DNA of 24,000 nucleotides from Thiohalospira halophila DSM 15071 (GTDB lineage Bacteria; Pseudomonadota; Gammaproteobacteria; Thiohalospirales; Thiohalospiraceae): NCBI RefSeq assembly GCF_900112605.1, contig NZ_FOMJ01000005.1, forward strand, positions 59,199 through 83,198. The letters run 5' to 3'. This document shows, piece by piece, positions 1-7,725 of the stretch. The number at the start of each line of letters is the position of its first letter. Positions within the stretch are counted from its first letter, which is position 1. A model generated the notes under the pieces. That model ran no database searches and had not been told where the DNA came from. It worked only from the letters and a program-made list of their open reading frames with translations. A program made the position numbers and the translations under genes.

Positions 1-1170
1 GTAGTCCTCCTTGCTCAGCTCCCGGACTCGGGTATCGGATGCCTCGGCAACACCGCGCTTGATGGCTTCGTACTGGAGGGGGTAGGGGTACTCCGGGCTC
101 TTCTCCCGAGTGATGGCCGCTGCCTGGCGCAGTGCCAGGAGGAGGCTGCGGGGCGCGATTCGCCCATGGGCATCGGCCAGGTGGCCGGTGATCCAGGTAT
201 AGGTGTACCCCCGCCGATGGTTGGTCCCCATGTAGGGGCCTGCGAGGGTTTCCAGGAGCGGACGCTGGCTCTTCTCGTTGCCGCGCACCTCGTCCGGAAG
301 GAGATAGAAACCATGGAGCCCGGGCCACTCCAGACCGGTGACCTTCTCCGCCATCTTCAAAAAGACCTCACTCGCGGGCCCATTGGCCAGGGTGTGGAAG
401 AGCAGGCCGTAGAGATCCACCGGCCGCCAGGCCAGGTCCACGCGGTTATGCAGGAGCTTGGAGCTGTCGCGGAAATCGAAGACCCCCTCGTCCTCCTCCA
501 TATCCGGCCGGATGAAGAACTTCATCCGGATATTCGGGTACGGACGGCAGGCCAGGGCCACCTCCAGGGCACCGCGGGTCAGGGCACGGACACTCTCCCA
601 GCTCCCCGGCGCGATAGCATCCAGGGAATCGAAGACCAACAGCAGGTACTTCCCTTCCTGCTTCAGGGCATTGGTCGCCTGCCCCAGCAGCTCGTTGAAG
701 GCCTCCGGGTCTTCTCGGGCCCACCGAGCCGCTTCGCTGTCACGCTCCGCCGGCAAGGCTAGGTCACATACCTCAGCCAGTTTGCGGGCCAGGACACCGC
801 GCCAGATATGCCGGGGCTCCAGACCCTCCTCCAGCAGCCTCTTCAGTGTCTCCGAATCGGGATGCTTCCCACCATGCGGGTCGTTGCTGAATCCGACCCG
901 CACATAGGTAGCCCCCAGAGTAACCGGGGCGCCCGTCCCCACCAGGCGCTGTCGCGTCGCATCATCGAACAGGGCCGCCGTCCACACCGACTTGCCCGCC
1001 CCCCGCATACCGACCACCACCGTGGTATCCAGGCTGAGTGCCTTCGTATGGCTATCGGGGATATACAACTCCCCGGGCCCCGGGGGCGTCAGGTCTTCCT
1101 GAGCCGAAACGTCCGGAAGATTGCAGAAGGCCTCGCGCAGGGCCTCGCGGGCTTCAGGGTCGGGTTTCAT
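1..1170 (-). CDS. P-loop NTPase of unrecognised family, C-terminus outside the window (390 codons visible)
   Basis: Hand translation of the minus strand from ATG (1170-1168) is open for 390 codons to the window edge. It begins MKPDPEAREALREAFCNLPDVSAQEDL. Walker A GMRGAGKS, Walker B-like YLLLVFDSLD, and a later GRIAPRSLLLALRQAA segment resembling an AAA+ lid/sensor helix. The ATG overlaps the upstream stop as ATGA (1167-1170). It is missing from the ORF track because no stop lies in the window. Confidence 0.75.
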   Translation of the reverse strand, partial: MKPDPEAREALREAFCNLPDVSAQEDLTPPGPGELYIPDSHTKALSLDTTVVVGMRGAGKSVWTAALFDDATRQRLVGTGAPVTLGATYVRVGFSNDPHGGKHPDSETLKRLLEEGLEPRHIWRGVLARKLAEVCDLALPAERDSEAARWAREDPEAFNELLGQATNALKQEGKYLLLVFDSLDAIAPGSWESVRALTRGALEVALACRPYPNIRMKFFIRPDMEEDEGVFDFRDSSKLLHNRVDLAWRPVDLYGLLFHTLANGPASEVFLKMAEKVTGLEWPGLHGFYLLPDEVRGNEKSQRPLLETLAGPYMGTNHRRGYTYTWITGHLADAHGRIAPRSLLLALRQAAAITREKSPEYPYPLQYEAIKRGVAEASDTRVRELSKEDY

Positions 1171-2489
1171 TCATCACTCCCGGAATTACCCAGCAACCGG
1201 CTACCCGCCCGATCGAAGAAATCCCGATAGGCCCCTTCCAGCACGACAGGTGCCGGTCCGTTGTCGGGATCGTGAAAGGACGCCCCGCGTAGTTCCTCGG
1301 CGGCATAAACCGGGAGCGGCCAGTGCGGCATGCTCTCATCGCTCTCCTCCGGCGTCCCGGGGCTAGGCTCCTGCTCCTCGTCATAGAGCAACTGCCACGC
1401 AGCATATGAACGGTCGCGCAGGTTCTCGAAATCCCGCTCGGTTCCGCCAGCCATTGCCCCTACCATGCTCATCCGCCAGCGCAAATCCCGGTCCGGCATG
1501 CCGTATTCCACGGCCGGCGACCACCGCAAGTGCTCGAAGAGGTGCTCATAGGCGGTCCAGGTCTGCGGATCATCCCGGGCGAAGAGGAACGCGTGCGCCC
1601 CCAGCCGGGTCACCGCCGCCGCGCCGATATCATGCATCCCGGCGCGAGCGTCCAGCAGCGCCACATCGAAGGGCTCGGCCCGCGTCCGGCCCGCATTCAG
1701 GAGTTCCAGAATCGCCTCCGCGAATCCGCGCTCGACCCCGTCGCTGCCCATTACCGGCAGGTAGGCGCGGCCCAGCTTGGCGACGTAGCCCCGGGTCTCC
1801 TTCCCGAAGGCAGGGATCACCCGGATCTCCCCCGGCGTCCCCGAAGGGAGCTCGACGCTACCCAGCATGTCCTCGAAAAGGTCCTCATCGGCCTGGCCGA
1901 CCCGGCCCTCCACCAGCCAGTCCACCACCCCGTAATCCGGGCGGCGATCCCGTCGCGGATCCTCCGGGATCTGGCGCAGGAGGAGGCTCTGCAGGCCCGG
2001 GGCCTCCAGGTCCAGATCCACCGCCAGCACCCGATGGCCCTGGGCGGCCAGATGGTGGGCCCAGGCCGCAAAGGTCGTCGACCGACCCACGCCCCCCTTG
2101 AGGCTGAAGGCCACGGCCGTGGGCAGCGGGGCCTCCTCCTTCAGCGGCCTGCGCAGCCAATCCTGGTTGTTCATCAGGCGATCCACCAGATAGACCAGTA
2201 CCGGCTCTTCCTGGAGGGCGATCGCCTCCCGACTCTGGAAGATCTCCTCGGGCAGGAGGAGTTCATCCCGCGACTGCACCGCCTCCTCCGGACCGGGGCC
2301 GAAGGCCCCGAGCCTCGCGTGCAGTTCCCGGGAGAGGGTCGCCTTGTCCGCCAGCGCCTCGCCGGAGACATTCACGGCTATGGAGACCCGGCCCACCAGA
2401 TCGCGGATGAGGTAGACGGCGTCGTGGCCGCCGAGGCGCTCACCGGCGAACTCCGTTGCGATATCCAGGGCATCGTGAAAGCGGACCAT
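1167..2489 (-). CDS. ParA/MinD-like (SIMIBI class) ATPase with variant Walker A KGGVGRST, plus unassigned N- and C-terminal regions
   Basis: Part of the 456-aa ORF 1167..2537. Deviant Walker A LKGGVGRSTT (2076..2099), then VLAVDLDLEAPG and a Walker B-like FDVALLDARAG. The preferred start is ATG at 2489 (MVRFHDALD), 4 nt after the upstream TAA and preceded by GGGGA. Starts at 2510 or 2537 would overlap the upstream gene. Confidence 0.85.
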   Translation of the reverse strand: MVRFHDALDIATEFAGERLGGHDAVYLIRDLVGRVSIAVNVSGEALADKATLSRELHARLGAFGPGPEEAVQSRDELLLPEEIFQSREAIALQEEPVLVYLVDRLMNNQDWLRRPLKEEAPLPTAVAFSLKGGVGRSTTFAAWAHHLAAQGHRVLAVDLDLEAPGLQSLLLRQIPEDPRRDRRPDYGVVDWLVEGRVGQADEDLFEDMLGSVELPSGTPGEIRVIPAFGKETRGYVAKLGRAYLPVMGSDGVERGFAEAILELLNAGRTRAEPFDVALLDARAGMHDIGAAAVTRLGAHAFLFARDDPQTWTAYEHLFEHLRWSPAVEYGMPDRDLRWRMSMVGAMAGGTERDFENLRDRSYAAWQLLYDEEQEPSPGTPEESDESMPHWPLPVYAAEELRGASFHDPDNGPAPVVLEGAYRDFFDRAGSRLLGNSGSDE

Positions 2490-2493
2490 GTAC

Positions 2494-2874
2494 TTATCCC
2501 CGATAGACATTGGCAGCGATGAGAAGACGCCGGGCACAGTCCTTATGGGCCCGCATCGCTTCCTCGGTCACCGCCCCGTCTGCTTCATAGCGTTGTTCCA
2601 CATCCCAGTCGGCGAAGCGGTTGGCACCCGATAGCAGCCCAACCAGGCCAGGAAACCGTTTCTGGAAGGCCGTTGCCTGCATCTTGTTCCACAGGACATT
2701 GATATGCTTGCGGTGTTCATCCCGGAAAAAACCCATTCTTTCAAGGGCCGACTTCAGGGCGCACTCCGCCGCAAAACCGTAGTGGTGGTCGGCATTCTCC
2801 CACCGTTCCTCCTCGTCCAGTAGCCCCGCGTCCTCCCAGTGTCGCCGGGCTGCCGCAGTGTAGTCCTCCTTCAT
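2494..2874 (-). CDS. Small all-helical HEPN-like protein (126 aa), function unknown
   Basis: ORF MKEDYTAAARRHWEDAGLLDEEERWENADHHYGFAAECALKSALERMGFFRDEHRKH...EQRYEADGAVTEEAMRAHKDCARRLLIAANVYRG. The layout resembles the minimal HEPN four-helix bundle: N-terminal helix pair with an AaExaLKa-like helix and a C-terminal xRY...TEEEA...A.RLL segment. RDEHRKH fits Rx5H spacing. The start overlaps the hsdS stop as ATGA (2871-2874). Family assignment is by eye only. Confidence 0.65.
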   Translation of the reverse strand: MKEDYTAAARRHWEDAGLLDEEERWENADHHYGFAAECALKSALERMGFFRDEHRKHINVLWNKMQATAFQKRFPGLVGLLSGANRFADWDVEQRYEADGAVTEEAMRAHKDCARRLLIAANVYRG

Positions 2875-4469
2875 CCTGCCTCCTTGCTTGCCGAACCTGT
2901 TCGAGCTCTACGCCCGTTCCCGGCCTCCCGCTCATTCTGCGGCGCCCCCTGGATGCGGGCCAGTAGCTCGCTGGCCGGCTCGTCGTTGGGGTCCTGGGAG
3001 ACGAGCCGGCCCTCGAAGGCGCGCTTGAGGATGGATTGTCGAAGATTAGCTGTTCTCTCCAAATTCTCCCCAACCGCCTTCTCCAGCTCCTCAATTTGCG
3101 AACTCATACGGTCAACCTGATCCACAATCAACTCTTGCTCCGAGATCGACGGCAGGGGCACACACAAGGAAACCAATTCCTTTGCGTTTATATTATTAAC
3201 GCCACTGGTCGATTTCGCCTTCCTATCCAACTGTTTCCTTACAGGTGGACTCTGCAGAACGTACTTTAGGTACTTCGGCAATATTGATCTAGAGATTGGC
3301 CTAAGACGAATCAAGTAGCCAGCGTAAAGAAAACCTTCATGTTCAGGCCCTACAAGGCCCGCTGTCCCGACGATGGCTAGGCTTCCATTTGAACGAATTA
3401 CCAAGAGGTCGCCAGCACATAAGGCCCAGTCCCTGATCTCCCTCGTCTCGAAATCGGCGAACTTGAGGTCACTTGAGTTTACTCGCCCGGAAACAACATT
3501 GGGGATCCGTAGAACGGGTGTCGCTCCCTTATCGTAAAAGCATTTCTTAGTGGTCCCGTACTTCGGATATTCGATCAGATCCCCGAGATGGCATCGCGAC
3601 CAGCCTGTCGAGGGAATTTCTACTTGGCCGGCCAAGAGATCCTCATCGTCGGTCCAATCCTTTGGTAGCGTCGGCTTCGAAGGCTTACTGCCAGCCTTGC
3701 CGTCGGCCTCCCATTGGGCCACCTGGGTCTTCCAATCCTCCAGTTGCTGCTGGTAGCGGGCCTGGCGCTCTTCGCGGATGCGCTCCAGGAGCTGGTCGGC
3801 GCTTTCCAGCTCGTCGGCGTGGTCGCGGCGCCACTGTTCGGTGAGGCGGCCCTCGAAGGCGTTCTTGAGGAGGGATTGGCGGTAGGTCTGGAGCCGGGCG
3901 CGGGCGGTCTCCAGGTTGGCCACGCTGTCGTCCAGCTCGGAGAACAGCTCCTCGATCTTGGCGACGATGCGTTTTTGCTCCCCCAATGGGGGCAACGGGA
4001 GCGGGATGTTTTCCACCGTCCGGGAAGATAGATGCTTTACCGTGACCGATGACGTATGGGCGTGTATCGCATCAAGGTAGGGCTGGAGGCAAAAATAGAG
4101 AAATTTTTCCTCCATGAGATAGCTTTCCAAGCGGACACGGCAAACACGCTGGTTAAGTAGGGCTTTCCCCCCATTCCAGAACGCACACCTGAAATCCCCA
4201 TCCATCCCAATCAGAAGATCGCCCGAATTCACAACATATTCAGAACTATATGGCCCGTTGTAGAAATTCTCCGTTTCCCGCTGACCTACATCCCGGATGC
4301 GGATAAGAGGAAGGCCCTCGTTGTCCGTAAAATACGCAGAACTGAAGGCGGCCCCGTTTTGCACACTGGCAATCTCTTTCAGGAAGACACGCTCCCAGCG
4401 ATCAGCTTTCACGAGGAGAGGGTGTTCCCCGCTATCAACGATCTGTTGGGGGGTTAATCCAAGGGCCAT
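2871..4469 (-). CDS. hsdS: Type I restriction-modification specificity subunit HsdS (two target recognition domains, TRDs)
   Basis: 532-aa ORF with two variable TRDs. Duplicated conserved helices: LPPLGEQKRIVAKIEELFSELD...RQSLLKNAFEGRLTEQW and LPSISEQELIVDQVDRMSSQIEELE...RQSILKRAFEGRLVSQD. The ATG overlaps the hsdR stop (TAATG at 4467-4471). Confidence 0.95.
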   Translation of the reverse strand: MALGLTPQQIVDSGEHPLLVKADRWERVFLKEIASVQNGAAFSSAYFTDNEGLPLIRIRDVGQRETENFYNGPYSSEYVVNSGDLLIGMDGDFRCAFWNGGKALLNQRVCRVRLESYLMEEKFLYFCLQPYLDAIHAHTSSVTVKHLSSRTVENIPLPLPPLGEQKRIVAKIEELFSELDDSVANLETARARLQTYRQSLLKNAFEGRLTEQWRRDHADELESADQLLERIREERQARYQQQLEDWKTQVAQWEADGKAGSKPSKPTLPKDWTDDEDLLAGQVEIPSTGWSRCHLGDLIEYPKYGTTKKCFYDKGATPVLRIPNVVSGRVNSSDLKFADFETREIRDWALCAGDLLVIRSNGSLAIVGTAGLVGPEHEGFLYAGYLIRLRPISRSILPKYLKYVLQSPPVRKQLDRKAKSTSGVNNINAKELVSLCVPLPSISEQELIVDQVDRMSSQIEELEKAVGENLERTANLRQSILKRAFEGRLVSQDPNDEPASELLARIQGAPQNEREAGNGRRARTGSASKEAG

Positions 4470-7243
4470 TACGCCACCATCTCCTCATTCATCTCCTCGA
4501 TCACCTCGCCCATGCGGTCCCCGAAAAGCTGATACATGCGGCCCCGGCCGCCCTCGGCATCGAACGGTGTGTAATCCAGGTCGTCTACCTCGAATCGGAC
4601 GGAGGTGGCGATGTGGTCGCGGATCATCTCCAGCCAGCGGTGCTGCTCTTTGGTGAACTTGGGCGCGTTGCCGGCGTGCTCGCCGAAGATCCAGCGCTGG
4701 AAGTTGCGGCGCACGGTCTCGTCGAAGGGGGTGAGCTGCTCGTCCCAGCCGGCCACGCGGCGCATCAGCGCGATGATCTGGGCCAGCTCCTTTTCGGGGC
4801 GGCGGGCCTGGACCTCGTCCAGGGCGGCGTAGGCGGCCCAGACCTTCGCCGGGGCGAGGTCGGGGCGCTCCCTGCGCAGGGCCTCCAGCACCTCGCTGAT
4901 CCGGGCGCGGGTCAGCTCCTTGCGGCGGTGGGGCTCGCTGAAGAGGATGGTCAGGGCGTCCAGGTCGTCGCGGTGGGTCCGGGCCCAGTCGGCGAAGCCC
5001 TGGGCCAGGGTCTGGCGGTGGGCCTCGGTGTTCTCGGCCCAGTCGCTGGTGACCACGGCGTCCGGATTCACGTCGTCGATGACCTGCTCCTGGCGCCGCT
5101 TGATGGACTCCATGGCCTCGTGGAGGTGGCCGGTGACGGCGGCGGTGGCACGCCGGGCCCGCTCCTCCCGGGCCTGGTCGCACTGCTCCGGGGTCGGCTC
5201 CACGTGCTCGGGCAGGCCGTTGGCCGCGCGGGCCTCCTCGGCAACGCGGTCGGGATCGTCCACGGCCAGTAGCTCGGCGGCCACGGCGGGCAGATCGGGG
5301 CCGCCGGTGGCCTCGCGGATCTCGCGCTCGCCCGGCTCGTCCACCCGTTTGGCGAAGCGGGACAGGCGGCCGGCGAGGCTGCGCAGGCTCTCCTCGTCCC
5401 GCTGGCCCATGGTCACGGCCTCGATGAGGTCCTTGGTTGCCACCGAGGGCTTTCGCTCCAGGGTGCCGGTCTCCATCTTCTCGGAGTCGGTGACGCCGAC
5501 GGCGTCCACCAGCACGAAGGCCTCCTTGGGGCCGTGAGCGGCGGGGGTCACCCTGCGCAGGCCCTCGGCGTCCAGGCTGCGGGTCCCGCGGCCCACCATC
5601 TGGGTGTAATAGGTGCGGCTCTTCACGTCGCGCATGAAGAGGACGGCCTCGATGGGCTTCACGTCCGTACCGGTGGCGATCATGTCCACCGTGACGGCGA
5701 TGCGCGGGTTGTAGTCGTTGCGAAAGGCGGAGAGCACGCGGTCCGCATTCTCCTCGCTGCGGTAGGTGACCTTCTTGCAGAAGGCGTTACCGGCGTCGAA
5801 GACCTGGCGGGCGGTACGGATCACATCGTCGGCGTGGCTGTCGCTCTTGGCGAAGATCAGCGTCTTGGGCACCTCCACGCGGCCACCCTCGCCGGCCCGG
5901 TCCGGGAACATGTGCGGCAGGGCGTCGCGGTAGGCCTGAAGGACGGTGCGGATCTGGTCGGGGTTCACCACGTCGCGGTCGAGCTGGCGGCCCTCGTAGA
6001 CCACCGGCTCGTCGAGCTGCTGCCAGCGCCGCTCGCGGGAGAGGCGTTCGCGGTGCTCCACCACCTCCTCGGCCTCGATCTGGCCGCCTTCGCGGGTGCG
6101 CTCGGTGTCGATGCGCCAGATCCGGTGGTCGACATTGACCCCGTCCACCACCGATTGCTCCAGGGTGTACTCGCTGACCACGTTCTGCTGGAAGAAGGCG
6201 TAGGTCCGCTGATCGGGGGTCGCCGTAAGCCCGACGAGGAAGCTGTCGAAGTACTCCAGGACCTGGCGCCACAGGTTGTAGATGGAGCGGTGGCACTCGT
6301 CGATGACGATGACGTCGAAGAACTCCGGGGGCACGCGCTTGTTGTAGTCCACCGGCACCGGCTCCCGGTCCATCCCGGCGGGGCTGCCGGGGTGCTCCTC
6401 GGCGGTCTCGTCCAGCTCCTCGCCCTTGAGGACGGAGTACATGCGCTGGATGGTGCTGATGCAGACCTGACCGTCCGTGGGCACGTGGGACGAGGTGAGC
6501 CGCTGGACCGTGTAGAGCTCGGTGAACTTGCGGTTGTCATCCTGGGGGATGTAGTCGTGGAACTCCCCCTCGGCCTGCTTGCCGAGATTGCGGGTGTCCA
6601 CCAGGAAGAGCACCCGGCGCACACCGGCGTGTTTGAGCAGGCGGTAGATGGCCGTGATGGCGGTATAGGTCTTGCCGGCGCCGGTGGCCATCTGGATGAG
6701 GGCCCGGGGCCGGTTGCGGCGCAGGGAGTCTTCCAGGTTGTGGATGGCGGTGAACTGGCAGTCGCGCAGACCGGCGTCGGACAGCTCCGGGAGCTGCTGC
6801 AGCCGACCGCGCAGGGTGCCCGTCTCCGCCCGCCATTCCGCCAGGGTCTCCGGCCGGTGGAAGCGGAAGACCTCCCGGGAGCGGGGCTCGGGGTCGGCCC
6901 TATCGGTGAAGTAGGTGACGACCCCGGTGGTCTCGTAGCGAAAGCGAAGGTCCGCCTCGCCGACGTGCTTGAGGCCGGCATCGGCGTAGGCCGCGGTCTG
7001 CTCCTCCACGCGGTTGAGCCGCTGGCCCTCTTCCTCCCGCTTGGCCTCGATGAGACCCACGGGCGCGCCGTCCACCAGCAACAGGTAGTCCGCCGGCCCG
7101 ACCTCGGTGGGATACTCCCGTACCGCGACGCCCCGGCTGGCGGCGGGATTCAGCTCGCTGCGGCTCTGCACCTCCCAGCCCGCCTGGCGGAGCTGGTCAT
7201 CGATGTGCTCCCGGGCGTGCTGTTCGGGATCCTGATTGGACAT
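4469..7243 (-). CDS. hsdR: Type I restriction enzyme endonuclease/translocase subunit HsdR (EcoEI-type C-terminal domain)
   Basis: N-terminal PD-(D/E)xK-like ADYLLLVDGAPVGLIEAKRE. Helicase motifs MATGAGKTYTAI, VIVIDECHRS and VGLTATP. The C-terminal FTKEQHRWLEMIRDHIATS...YTPFD tail is typical of the EcoEI R C-terminal domain. Start chosen at MSNQDPEQHAREHIDDQLRQAGW (ATG 7243, AGGGAAGCAGG upstream). The 70 codons further upstream in the track ORF look non-coding. Confidence 0.95.
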   Translation of the reverse strand: MSNQDPEQHAREHIDDQLRQAGWEVQSRSELNPAASRGVAVREYPTEVGPADYLLLVDGAPVGLIEAKREEEGQRLNRVEEQTAAYADAGLKHVGEADLRFRYETTGVVTYFTDRADPEPRSREVFRFHRPETLAEWRAETGTLRGRLQQLPELSDAGLRDCQFTAIHNLEDSLRRNRPRALIQMATGAGKTYTAITAIYRLLKHAGVRRVLFLVDTRNLGKQAEGEFHDYIPQDDNRKFTELYTVQRLTSSHVPTDGQVCISTIQRMYSVLKGEELDETAEEHPGSPAGMDREPVPVDYNKRVPPEFFDVIVIDECHRSIYNLWRQVLEYFDSFLVGLTATPDQRTYAFFQQNVVSEYTLEQSVVDGVNVDHRIWRIDTERTREGGQIEAEEVVEHRERLSRERRWQQLDEPVVYEGRQLDRDVVNPDQIRTVLQAYRDALPHMFPDRAGEGGRVEVPKTLIFAKSDSHADDVIRTARQVFDAGNAFCKKVTYRSEENADRVLSAFRNDYNPRIAVTVDMIATGTDVKPIEAVLFMRDVKSRTYYTQMVGRGTRSLDAEGLRRVTPAAHGPKEAFVLVDAVGVTDSEKMETGTLERKPSVATKDLIEAVTMGQRDEESLRSLAGRLSRFAKRVDEPGEREIREATGGPDLPAVAAELLAVDDPDRVAEEARAANGLPEHVEPTPEQCDQAREERARRATAAVTGHLHEAMESIKRRQEQVIDDVNPDAVVTSDWAENTEAHRQTLAQGFADWARTHRDDLDALTILFSEPHRRKELTRARISEVLEALRRERPDLAPAKVWAAYAALDEVQARRPEKELAQIIALMRRVAGWDEQLTPFDETVRRNFQRWIFGEHAGNAPKFTKEQHRWLEMIRDHIATSVRFEVDDLDYTPFDAEGGRGRMYQLFGDRMGEVIEEMNEEMVA

Positions 7244-7279
7244 CCTGCTTCCCTGCTCTGGGCCTCGCCGCCATCCTAG

Positions 7280-7299
7280 CAGCCCCGGACCGGGGGCTG
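7280..7299 (-). terminator. GC-rich hairpin just downstream of the ilvA 3' remnant; possible displaced ilvA terminator
   Basis: Stem cagcccc (7280-7286) pairs with ggggctg (7293-7299) around a 6-nt loop. On the minus strand it sits 11 nt after the remnant TGA stop (7311-7313). There is no clear U-tract. Confidence 0.25.
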
Positions 7300-7312
7300 T
7301 GAGAGGAGCCTC

Positions 7313-7352
7313 ACCGCAGAAACAGCTCGTACGCCGGGTTCTCTGTCTCTTC
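7313..7352. repeat. 40-bp direct repeat, copy A: duplicated last 13 codons of ilvA (EETENPAYELFLR) followed by its own TGA stop at 7311-7313
   Basis: accgcagaaacagctcgtacgccgggttctcTgtctcttc matches 8129..8168 at 39 of 40 positions. The single difference (t7344 vs c8160) is a synonymous ACA/ACG Thr codon in the ilvA frame. Confidence 0.9.
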
Positions 7353-7433
7353 CGCCAGCGGGGCACAATCAGGACCATCAGCGACCATCCCTCCTTCCCC
7401 TGGCTCGAAAGTAACGCGCTGTGCCTTAGATCG

Positions 7434-7461
7434 TTGACAGAGTGGCACTGCAAGTTAGGCT
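7434..7461 (+). promoter_or_regulatory. Candidate sigma70 promoter of the toxin-antitoxin cassette, possibly giving a leaderless mRNA
   Basis: TTGACA (7434-7439), 16-nt spacer, TAGGCT (7456-7461). The toxin ATG is at 7468 with no recognisable Shine-Dalgarno. GTGCC (7421-7425) and GGCAC (7444-7448) form short inverted arms around the -35. Confidence 0.35.
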
Positions 7462-7467
7462 TTTCTC

Positions 7468-7725
7468 ATGTACTCGGTGGAGCTTACCAAGACTGCCAGG
7501 AAGGCCCTGCTCCGTCTGCCACGCACCGACCGGCAGCGTATACAAGGCAAGCTCGAGTATCTGGCCGACAACCCGCATCATCCGGAACTCGACATCAAGC
7601 CACTGAAGGGCAGGGAAGCATGGCGATTGCGGGTCGGCGATTGGCGCATTATCTACGAGATCCATGACCAGTGGCTGGTGGTTCAGATCATCCGTATCGG
7701 AAGTCGTGGAGAGGTCTACAAATGA
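7468..7725 (+). CDS. RelE/ParE-family type II toxin (85 aa)
   Basis: MYSVELTKTARKALLRLPRTDRQRIQGKLEYLADNPHHPELDIKPLKGREAWRLRVGDWRIIYEIHDQWLVVQIIRIGSRGEVYK shows the typical RelE/ParE pattern (KxLkkLp, WRlRvGDyRiiY, vvv..IghRgevY). The stop overlaps the next start as ATGA (7722-7725). Confidence 0.9.
   Translation: MYSVELTKTARKALLRLPRTDRQRIQGKLEYLADNPHHPELDIKPLKGREAWRLRVGDWRIIYEIHDQWLVVQIIRIGSRGEVYK

Noticed and set aside
1-12. 12-nt identity gtagtcctcctt at 1-12 and 2860-2871. Both encode KEDY on the minus strand
   Set aside because: A 12-mer match is expected by chance many times in 24 kb. There is no extended similarity on either side.
7244-7453. 70-codon N-terminal extension of the hsdR ORF
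   Set aside because: The extension crosses the ilvA-remnant repeat in a different frame and has no HsdR similarity. MSNQDPEQHAREHIDDQL is a typical HsdR N-terminus and has a Shine-Dalgarno.
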